This document shows positions 8,167-15,954 of a DNA stretch of 64,000 nucleotides, one piece after another. The notes beneath the pieces were generated by a model that was not told the origin of the DNA, did no database searches, and worked only from the letters and a program-made list of their open reading frames with translations. The position numbers were made by a program, and so were the translations under genes. Source of the DNA: an uncultured Actinomycetota bacterium (GTDB lineage: Bacteria > Actinomycetota > Actinomycetes > JAFAQI01); NCBI GenBank assembly GCA_963770565.1, contig CAVYQE010000011.1, forward strand, positions 192,001 to 256,000, read 5' to 3'. The first letter of the stretch is position 1, and every line of letters starts with the position of its first letter.

Positions 8167-10534
8167 GCGCGCGCCAGACGAGCTCCGGCGTGATCGGGAG
8201 GCGGTCGAGCTCGACGCCGAAATCGCTGAGCGCGTCGCAGATCGCGTTCGCAACGGCGGCGCCCACCGGGATCGTGCCGACCTCGCCCACCCCGCGGATC
8301 CCCAGCGTGGTCACCGGTGACGGCACCGCGGTGTGCAGCAAGTCGGTCGGCGGAAGATCGCAGATGGTCGGGGCGAAGTAGTCCATCATCGTGCCGTTGA
8401 GGAGCTGGCCGCTCTCGGCGTCGTACCGGAGCTCCTCGCCGAGGGTCTGGCCGAAACCCTGCGCGATGCCGCCCCGGACCTGCCCTTCGACCAGCTTCGG
8501 GTTCAGCGGGGTGCCGCAGTCGTGCACCATGAGGAACTGCTCCACGTCGAACTCGCCGGACTCGGCGTCCACGGTGACAAGTGCAGCTGCGGTTCCGAAG
8601 GAGTACGCGGCTTGGAGCGGTTCGAAGTACGCCGTCTCGTCGAGCCCGGGCACCTGCCCGGCGGGGAGACCCTGGCCGAGGATTCCACGGTTGAACACGC
8701 TCGAGAGCGGCACCATGAGGCTCGGGTCGAGGCGGGACTGGACGGCCGAGCCGACGATGTCGAGGGTGTCCGGATCGTCGACCTCGAGCATGTGCGCGGC
8801 GAGCGCGAGCGTCTTCGCGCGCAGCCTGGTGCACGCCTCGCGCAGGGCGCCGGAAGCGGCGATCACCGTCCGGGAGGCGAAGGCGCCCGAGTTGAGCGGG
8901 GAGGACTGCGTGTCGCCGGCGTGCACGGTGACCGCGTCGTAGTCGCAGCCGAAGAAGTCGGCGCACATCTGAGCGAAGACCGTCTCGCTGCCCTGGCCGG
9001 CGCTCGAGATGCCGGTGTAGACGTCGAGGCTGCCGGAGCGGTTCGCCCGGACGGTGACGCTCTCATGGGCCCCGAAGTCCGTTCCCCGCCCGGCGAGGAA
9101 CTTGCCTCCTGCGTACCCGGTCCGTTCGACGTAGGAGGAAAACCCGATGCCTTGATACCGGCCGTCCGACAGCCTCGGCCCGCGCCCGGCTCGGCAGTGG
9201 CCGGCCCAGTCGACCGCCTCCGCGGCCATTCGGAGACAGCGCTCGTAGTCGCCGCTGTCATAGATCGCCCCGGTGGGGTTCACCCAAGGGTGTTCCTCGG
9301 GCTTGACCATGTTCATCGCGCGCAGCTCGACCGGGTCCATGCCAAGGCGCCTGGCGAGGGTGTCGATGAGCCGTTCGTAGGCGAAGTTGACCTCAGGCTG
9401 GCCGTATCCGCGATACGCGCCGATCGGCGTCTTGTTGGTCAGAACGACCCGGCGCTCGACGAACCCGTCGTCCACCTTGTAGGGCCCGTTGAAGACGACG
9501 GTCGACAGCTGCGAAGACCCCACCGGTGAGTTCAGGCCGCCGATGTCGTTGACGTAGTGGTCGCTCATCGCGAGGATCCGGCCGTCTGCCCGGGCGGCGA
9601 TCCGGTAGTCGTGGATCGACTCGCGACCGTGCGTGGTCGCCCGGAAGTGCTCGTTGCGATCCTCGACGAACTTCACCGGCCGGCGCAGCGAGATTGCGTG
9701 CAGGCAGGCGATCACGTCTTCGGGGTAGGCCCCGATCTTCAGCCCGAAGCCGCCGCCGACGTCGGTGGCGACCACGCGCACCTCGCTCTCGTCGATGCAC
9801 AGCGACTCCGCGAGTTGCTTTCGAACCAAATGGGGCGTCTGGGTCGACGTGTGCACGGTCAGCGCCCGGGCGCGGGGCCGCCAGTCGGCGAACACCGACC
9901 TGGTCTCCATCGGCAGCCCGGTGACCCGGTTGATGAAGAACCGCCCCTCGACCACGACATCGGCTTCCGCCATCCGGGCCTCGACGTCGCCGGCACCTTC
10001 GGGCCCGGTGACGAGCAGGTTGGAGTCGAGCACATCCGGCCGGATCACCGGCGCGTTTGGCGACAGCGCGGACAGAACGTCCGAGACGTGCGGCAGCGGC
10101 TCGTACTCGATCTCGATCAGCTCGAGCGCGTCCTCGGCGACGTGCCGGCTCCTGGCGGCAACGCTCACGACCGGCTGTCCTTCGTACGTCGCGACGTCCG
10201 AAGGGATCGGATAGTGCGGGATGGTTGGTGCACCGGGCACCGGGCGCAGGATGCCGATCGGCTTGGTTCGCCTCATCGCTTCCGCTCCGGTGATGACCTG
10301 CATGACGCCGTCAAGCGCGAGGGCCGCCGAGGCGTCGATCGAGATGATCCGCGCGTGCGGGAAGGGACAGCGGCCGACCGCCATCTCGACCGCGTGCGCG
10401 CGGTCGACGTCGTCGGCGAACTGGCCGGCTCCGCAGAGCAGTCGCTCGTCCTCCTTGCGGGGTGCCGCCGTTCCGATCACACGCGTTGCGTCGCGCGCGG
10501 GCGCCTCGGCTTCGCGGGTCGCTAGCTCAGTCAC
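8144..10534 (-). CDS. Molybdopterin-binding large subunit, paralog 2 (convergent with paralog 1)
   Basis: Same motifs, collinear with paralog 1 (GGGFGLK, AYRGYGQP, GVGEVG); start GTG at 10534 (VTELA aligns with MTELD). Confidence 0.92.
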   Translation of the reverse strand: MTELATREAEAPARDATRVIGTAAPRKEDERLLCGAGQFADDVDRAHAVEMAVGRCPFPHARIISIDASAALALDGVMQVITGAEAMRRTKPIGILRPVPGAPTIPHYPIPSDVATYEGQPVVSVAARSRHVAEDALELIEIEYEPLPHVSDVLSALSPNAPVIRPDVLDSNLLVTGPEGAGDVEARMAEADVVVEGRFFINRVTGLPMETRSVFADWRPRARALTVHTSTQTPHLVRKQLAESLCIDESEVRVVATDVGGGFGLKIGAYPEDVIACLHAISLRRPVKFVEDRNEHFRATTHGRESIHDYRIAARADGRILAMSDHYVNDIGGLNSPVGSSQLSTVVFNGPYKVDDGFVERRVVLTNKTPIGAYRGYGQPEVNFAYERLIDTLARRLGMDPVELRAMNMVKPEEHPWVNPTGAIYDSGDYERCLRMAAEAVDWAGHCRAGRGPRLSDGRYQGIGFSSYVERTGYAGGKFLAGRGTDFGAHESVTVRANRSGSLDVYTGISSAGQGSETVFAQMCADFFGCDYDAVTVHAGDTQSSPLNSGAFASRTVIAASGALREACTRLRAKTLALAAHMLEVDDPDTLDIVGSAVQSRLDPSLMVPLSSVFNRGILGQGLPAGQVPGLDETAYFEPLQAAYSFGTAAALVTVDAESGEFDVEQFLMVHDCGTPLNPKLVEGQVRGGIAQGFGQTLGEELRYDAESGQLLNGTMMDYFAPTICDLPPTDLLHTAVPSPVTTLGIRGVGEVGTIPVGAAVANAICDALSDFGVELDRLPITPELVWRALNDKVRQ

Positions 10535-10819
10535 TCTGATCCCACCGGTCGACAGTCGCGGGTGCACGCGCACGGCGCACCACGTGGTCGCGTCAAAGTA
10601 TCCGCCAACGTATCGGTCGTCCGAGTCGGGCGACTGCTGGACCGATTGCACCGCGTGGGCCGGTGCTATATTCGCGCCTCAAAATCGCCTGGTGCATCAC
10701 CGGCTCGGGGGAGAGACGATTGCGGTCGCTCGACGTCCGGTGCTGCGCATGGCGGAACGGTGTCATCGTCCGACGGATTGTTACTGGGCTCGCCGGACCA
10801 CCGCAATGAGGAGGACGTA

Positions 10820-12664
10820 GTGCCCGACCGACCCGCTTTCCGCAATCCGTACGAGATCGAGACACCGAGCGGGGCAGCGGGCTGGGAGTCGATGTACCCG
10901 TCCTATCTCCTGTTCGGCCCGGAGACCCAGGATGCCGACGAAGGCAAACTCTGGTTCTTCGACCAGATCCACAACCCGGAGCCGGTGTATCCGTTCGACC
11001 TGATGATGCCGGAGAGCTGGCTGGTCTCGTTGAACCAGTACACGACCCGGGTCTGGCAGGTGCCACCGGCGCTCGGGATCGAGCACCGAATCGTCAACGG
11101 CTATCTCTACGTGAGCCCGAACGCGGTCGAGGACGCGGCCGAGATCGCCCGCAGGGAGCCGATCTTCCTCGAGCGTGCCACCCACTACTTCGAGAACTGG
11201 GACACGATCTACGACGAGTGGGTGGCGAAGGTCACCGACTGCATCGATCGGCTGAAGGCAATGCATTTCGAGCCACTCGCTGAGATCGAGCCCGTGGAGA
11301 CGGTGCTGGGGCACCGGGGTACGACGACCGCCTACGACCTGCTCACCGGCTACAGCCGGCTGCTCGAAAATATGCACGAGATGGCCTACTACCACTTCGA
11401 GATGCTGGTCCTCGCCTACGGCGCCTATCTGACTTTTGTCGAGTTCTGCCGTGAGAAGTTCCCGGCGATCACCGACGATCTCGCCGCCCGCATGGTCGCC
11501 GGCATCGACGTGATCCTGTATCGGCCCGATGCCGAGCTCCGTCGGCTGGCCGGGCGGGCGGTCGAGCTGGGTGTGGGGAGTGCGATCAAGGAGGAAGGCA
11601 GCCCGGACGAGGTCCTTGGGCGGTTGCAGACCTCGGAAGCAGGCAAGCAGTGGATCGACGAGCTCGAGCAGGTCAAGGACCCGTGGTTCTACTACTCCAC
11701 CGGAGCGGGATACTGCCACGCAAACCGCGCCTGGATCGACGACATGAGCCTGCCGTTCGCAGCGCTGCGCGACTACGTCACCCGGGTCGAGAACAACGAG
11801 GACCTCTCGCGACCGCTGGAGCATCTGCACTCCGAGCGGGAGCGCATTGCCACCGGATACCGCAACCTTCTCGACGATGCTGAGGCGGCCCAGTTCGACG
11901 AGCTGCTTTCGTTGTCACGTCAGGTCTTTCCGCTGGTCGAGAACCACAACTTCTATGTCGAGCACTGGCACCACTCGATCTTCTTCAACAAGGTGCGCGA
12001 GCTCGGCGCCGTGATGGTGGCGGGCGGCATGCTCGAGCGGGACGACGACATCTTCTTCCTGCACCGCTACGAGGTGTATTCGCTGCTGTACGAGGTCGAG
12101 GCCGCGTGGGCGGTCGCCGTACCGAGTCGAGGGATGCAGACGTGGCGCAAAGAGATCGCCCGTCGGCGCGAGATCTATGCGGCTTTGGAGAAGTGGAAGC
12201 CGCCGCCGGCGCTGGGAGTACCACCCGACGAGATCACCGACCCGATCTCGGTGATCTTCTGGGGGATCACCAGCGAGACGATCGATCGCTGGATCGCGGC
12301 TGAGCACGCGACCGGCATGGAGGACGAGTTCCGTGGCCTCGCCGCGTCGCCGGGCGTCGTGGAGGGCATCGCGAGAGTCGTGCACGGGGTGGAGGAGCTG
12401 GAAGCGCTGGTCGACGGCGAGATTCTCGTCTGTCCAGTGACCGCGCCAAGCTGGTCTGTCGTCTTCGCCCGCATCTCGGCGGCGGTGTCGGACGGCGGCG
12501 GCATCATGTCGCATGCCGCCATCGTGTCCCGGGAGTACGAGCTGCCGGCTGTCGTCGCCACCGGGGTGGGGACCCAGGTGGTACGAACCGGCGATCGCCT
12601 GCGGGTCGACGGTGGCACGGGAGTGATCACCATTCTCGAGCGGGCGGCGGCTGACCCGGCATAG
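10820..12664 (+). CDS. PEP-utilizing enzyme, phospho-His subunit, paralog 2
   Basis: Collinear with 112..1965 (FRNPY, HNPEPVYPFD, ENHNFYVEHWHH, SHAAIVSRE); GTG after GAGGAGG. Confidence 0.9.
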   Translation: MPDRPAFRNPYEIETPSGAAGWESMYPSYLLFGPETQDADEGKLWFFDQIHNPEPVYPFDLMMPESWLVSLNQYTTRVWQVPPALGIEHRIVNGYLYVSPNAVEDAAEIARREPIFLERATHYFENWDTIYDEWVAKVTDCIDRLKAMHFEPLAEIEPVETVLGHRGTTTAYDLLTGYSRLLENMHEMAYYHFEMLVLAYGAYLTFVEFCREKFPAITDDLAARMVAGIDVILYRPDAELRRLAGRAVELGVGSAIKEEGSPDEVLGRLQTSEAGKQWIDELEQVKDPWFYYSTGAGYCHANRAWIDDMSLPFAALRDYVTRVENNEDLSRPLEHLHSERERIATGYRNLLDDAEAAQFDELLSLSRQVFPLVENHNFYVEHWHHSIFFNKVRELGAVMVAGGMLERDDDIFFLHRYEVYSLLYEVEAAWAVAVPSRGMQTWRKEIARRREIYAALEKWKPPPALGVPPDEITDPISVIFWGITSETIDRWIAAEHATGMEDEFRGLAASPGVVEGIARVVHGVEELEALVDGEILVCPVTAPSWSVVFARISAAVSDGGGIMSHAAIVSREYELPAVVATGVGTQVVRTGDRLRVDGGTGVITILERAAADPA

Positions 12665-12748
12665 CGGCGGCCCGGGCATCGTGTATTTGAATCGGGATCC
12701 GGGTATCGACCTTCTAGGTGCAGTACAAGTCACCAGACGGAGGTCATC

Positions 12749-12883
12749 ATGTTGATTGTCGTAGCTCTGATCCTGCTCGTTTTGTTTGCTGGCCTAGGAT
12801 TCGCGGCCCATATCTTGTGGTGGGGTCTGATCATCGCGTTGATCGTCGGTGTCGCGGCGATGCTCACCGGCCGACGGGCGTAG
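12749..12883 (+). CDS. Small hydrophobic membrane protein (44 aa)
   Basis: Not in the ORF track; GGAGG RBS; MLIVVALILLVLFAGLGFAAHILWWGLIIALIVGVAAMLTGRRA, resembling actinobacterial 'hydrophobic protein' found near csbD. Confidence 0.75.
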   Translation: MLIVVALILLVLFAGLGFAAHILWWGLIIALIVGVAAMLTGRRA

Positions 12884-12916
12884 CACACGATCAATGGCGA
12901 GCACAGTGCGGTAGCC

Positions 12917-13070
12917 GTTGAGGCAGCTGTCGAGTTGTACGACGATGCGGAACGTTGCGCAGAGCTCGTCGGCCTTCGCTATGTACACGTCGAAAACCGG
13001 GTTGCGCAGGCTCCGAGCTGAAAAGGGTCTCGGCTATCGAGATGCGTTTGGCCGGCGGGCTTGTGGCGAC
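12917..13070 (+). pseudogene. Frameshifted N-terminal remnant of bacterial DNA topoisomerase IB
   Basis: ELYDDAERCAELVGLRYV in one frame, then TGLRRLRAEKGLGYRDAFGRR in another; resembles TopIB AGLRYV....PG.RR.R.GKGF.Y.D..G. Confidence 0.55.
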
Positions 13071-13152
13071 GTGTATGACCCGATGGCACCGGGTAGACCA
13101 CTAGAGGGCTCAACGTCATGAGCGCAAATCAATTTTCGCTGTGGAGGTACTC

Positions 13153-13719
13153 GTGTCCGGCTTGCTTCTCACCGTTGTCATCGTTGCCGCAGTCGTTGTC
13201 CTCGCCATCGTGGCCGCGGGCAGTTTGCGGTTGCGTCGGCGTACCGCGTTGAAGGCTCAGTTCGGGTCGGAGTACGACCGGGCCATCGAGGAGAACGATG
13301 GCCGACGTGCTGGAGAGCGCGATCTCAAGGAGCGGACGAAGCGGTACGACCAACTCGACCTGCGGCCGCTTTCCACCGCTGCTGTTGAGCGCTTCCGCGA
13401 CGAGTGGCGGGTCGTGCAGCAGCACTTCGTAGATGCGCCGGCCGAGTCGGTCGCCATGGGTCACTCAGTCCTCACCGCTGCGATGGCGGAGGTCGGCTAC
13501 CCGACTGACGATCAGGACGAGCGAATGTCCTTGCTGTCGGTGGAGAACGCCGACCTGGTCGATCGCTATCGCGCCGGAGTCCGAACCGAGCAGAAGTGGC
13601 GGGAGAACGGCTCGTCGGACACCGAAGAGCTCCGCAAGGCCATGCAGGAATACCGCTCCGTCTTCGACCGGGTCGTCGGAGAAGCGAGTGTCGAGTCCGA
13701 GTCTGCAGAGGTTCGGTAG
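13153..13719 (+). CDS. Conserved membrane-anchored actinobacterial protein
   Basis: N-terminal TM; LKAQFGSEYDR, W..VQ..FVD.P, TEELRKAM..YRSVF; GGAGG RBS. Confidence 0.75.
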   Translation: MSGLLLTVVIVAAVVVLAIVAAGSLRLRRRTALKAQFGSEYDRAIEENDGRRAGERDLKERTKRYDQLDLRPLSTAAVERFRDEWRVVQQHFVDAPAESVAMGHSVLTAAMAEVGYPTDDQDERMSLLSVENADLVDRYRAGVRTEQKWRENGSSDTEELRKAMQEYRSVFDRVVGEASVESESAEVR

Positions 13720-13855
13720 GCCCGAGGGAGTTCCCTGCCGCATGGTCGGCCGAGGTTCGCCCGTGAAGACCAGCTAGCAGCAGCTGGTGATTGTGCAACG
13801 TTGATCAGTGCGACGCGATCTGCGGATCCGGTCGCCCGGTGTGTGGAGGTCACGC

Positions 13856-14023
13856 GTGAGTGCAAGCAACAAGGTCAAGAACAGCGCCCAGCAGGTGCAG
13901 GGCAAGGCGAAGAGGGCGGTCGGCAAGTCTGTCGGCAACCCGCGGCTCAAGGCAGAGGGTCGCGCGGATCAGGCGAAGGGAAGCCTCAAGCAGGCCGGCG
14001 AGAAGGTCAAGGACGCCTTCTAG
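13856..14023 (+). CDS. csbD: CsbD family general stress protein
   Basis: GKAK.AVG...GN..LKAEG.ADQAKG.LKQAGEKVKDAF; GGAGG RBS. Confidence 0.9.
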   Translation: MSASNKVKNSAQQVQGKAKRAVGKSVGNPRLKAEGRADQAKGSLKQAGEKVKDAF

Positions 14024-14036
14024 ACCGATCGAATGC

Positions 14037-14078
14037 CCGTGGGTGCCCCGGCTCAGTTGTTCGCCGGGGCACCCACGG
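14037..14078. terminator. Bidirectional hairpin between csbD and doxX
   Basis: 16-bp perfect stem CCGTGGGTGCCCCGGC / GCCGGGGCACCCACGG. Confidence 0.75.
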
Positions 14079-14120
14079 TCGTGCGGGAGCACGCGTGGTC
14101 GTCCAGCGTCGGCGCGTTGC

Positions 14121-14663
14121 TCAGGCGTGCATGGCGTGCGCGGCCGCTTTGACGCCCCGGCGCCCCACTGACGGCAGGCGGCGGGGGTCAACGGCCGATG
14201 CAAGGTGGTCGAGTTCGTCGCCGGCGTCGCCGGCCAGCCGTTTGGTTCGCCACAGCAAGCTCGGCCGGCCGCCGCGATCGAGCGCGGCGAACACCAGGCC
14301 GCCGAACATGGCCAGGTTCTTGCTGAAGTGCAGTCGCTGCTGAGCCCGGTCCTGCGCCGACTCGGCTTCCCAGAACCGGTGCCCACCCAACGTGGTGGGG
14401 ACCAGCGACGCTGCGAGCACGAGCGCGGACATCCTCGGAAGCCGGCCCAGCACCAGCAGACTTCCGGCCGCGACGTGGACTCCTGCGTTGAGGCGGACGA
14501 GCCGTACGTCGTCGTCCGGCAGCCCGTCGATCGTTTCCCGCGCCTTGTCGATCACCGGCGCGGCCAACTCGGCCTTGGCGCTAGGGGACCGGAGGGTGTC
14601 GATACCTCCGGAGATGAAGACTGCACCGAGGGCAGAGCGGGCGACTAAGCGAAGGGGGTCCAT
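14121..14663 (-). CDS. DoxX family membrane protein
   Basis: AR..L..VFISGG, LVPTTLGGHRFWE, HFSKNLAMFGGL. Confidence 0.88.
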   Translation of the reverse strand: MDPLRLVARSALGAVFISGGIDTLRSPSAKAELAAPVIDKARETIDGLPDDDVRLVRLNAGVHVAAGSLLVLGRLPRMSALVLAASLVPTTLGGHRFWEAESAQDRAQQRLHFSKNLAMFGGLVFAALDRGGRPSLLWRTKRLAGDAGDELDHLASAVDPRRLPSVGRRGVKAAAHAMHA

Positions 14664-14729
14664 GAACCCAGTGTGCTCTCGACGCCAGCCGGGTAATCAT
14701 CGATCGGCGACCGGTCGTCCCACGGCGGC

Positions 14730-15455
14730 GTGGCAACGCGAGCGGGACTCGTTGCGGGTCACTCATCGCACCCCTCCTGGATGCAACCGATCGCACCTGC
14801 ATTTCGTCGTCCAGGTGTGGTGAGAGCACTGACGGACCGAGACCGCCCGGTCAGGCCCCGCTGGCGGCCCGGCAAGCTCACCTCAGTGGTCCTAGCCGGC
14901 GCGTTCGCCGTCACTGCCTGGGTCGGCTTCTACGGCGAGTCGCTCGGGTCGGCACCGCCCGGTGCGGTCACCGGGCATCCCCGTTCCGCTCCGTTCCAGG
15001 CTTCGGCTGCCGCGCCTGCGAGCCCGGGGCCGGCCATCCGGAGCGCCCGCCCGGCCAGCCCGTGCCTGCGCAACACCCGGTCGCAGTTGATCGTGGTCAG
15101 TATCGAGCAGCAGCACGAGTGGGCCTGCGCCGGTCGTCGTACCGGCCTGAGCACGGCGGTCACAACCGGCGCCGAACGCCCGGGTGACGCCACGCCGAGA
15201 GGGATGTTCGCCGTCCAGGGGCTCAACCGCAACACCAACCTGACGACCAACCGTGGTCGGTCGTACCGGGTGAAGTACTGGCTCCCATTTCACCTCGGGG
15301 TCTGGGGGTTTCACGACGCCTCGTGGCAGAAGATGCCGTTCGGCAGCAAGCACTACGTCACGCATGGTTCACATGGCTGCGTGCATATGCCGTTGGCGGC
15401 GATCCGGTGGCTGTTCCACTGGGTGCACTACGGCACGCCGGTGCGAATCACCTGA
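14730..15455 (+). CDS. L,D-transpeptidase (YkuD family); start uncertain
   Basis: IVVSI.QQ, VTTG...TP.G.F, GFHDASW...SHGCVHM catalytic motif. Confidence 0.85.
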   Translation: MATRAGLVAGHSSHPSWMQPIAPAFRRPGVVRALTDRDRPVRPRWRPGKLTSVVLAGAFAVTAWVGFYGESLGSAPPGAVTGHPRSAPFQASAAAPASPGPAIRSARPASPCLRNTRSQLIVVSIEQQHEWACAGRRTGLSTAVTTGAERPGDATPRGMFAVQGLNRNTNLTTNRGRSYRVKYWLPFHLGVWGFHDASWQKMPFGSKHYVTHGSHGCVHMPLAAIRWLFHWVHYGTPVRIT

Positions 15456-15468
15456 CGCACAATGAGGG

Positions 15469-15867
15469 ATGACCAGCGAACCCGAACCGGTGCGCCCGAG
15501 CCGGGCAGTATTGCTCGACGATCTCGGTCGGCTGGATCTGACTGAGTCGCAACCCGTCATCTACGACCAGCCGGTCGGGCTGCGCCTGCTCTTCCGGGAC
15601 CAGGTGTCCGGAGCGGAGCACTACCTCATCCGCTACCCGGCCGGCCTGCGAGCCAAGCGGCACCGCCACTCCGCTGCCCACACGATCGTGGTCGTCGAGG
15701 GTGTCCTGCAGGCAGACGGGCGGCTCCTATCGGCCGGTTCCTACGCGCACTTCCCGGCCGGGACCACGATGCACCACGAGTCCGCGCCGGACCACGACTG
15801 CCTCTTCGTGATCCTCTTCGACGGCCCATTCGACGTGTTCCCCGTCGACGACGACCCCGCAGACTGA
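15469..15867 (+). CDS. Cupin domain protein (ChrR-like)
   Basis: HRHSAAHTIVVVEG...GSYAHFPAGTTMHH cupin motifs. Confidence 0.75.
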   Translation: MTSEPEPVRPSRAVLLDDLGRLDLTESQPVIYDQPVGLRLLFRDQVSGAEHYLIRYPAGLRAKRHRHSAAHTIVVVEGVLQADGRLLSAGSYAHFPAGTTMHHESAPDHDCLFVILFDGPFDVFPVDDDPAD

Positions 15868-15954
15868 GTCGCAAGCCGGTGCGATCCGGCTGCGACCAGA
15901 TTGCGACTCCCGGCTGCAAACCTCGGTCTGACGGATCGACGGGTTGGGATCGAG

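Noticed and set aside
3725-10534. Aerobic CO dehydrogenase (coxMSL)
   Set aside because: The active-site loop is AYRGYG, not AYxCSFR (form I) or AYRGAGR (form II); no coxDEF in the window.
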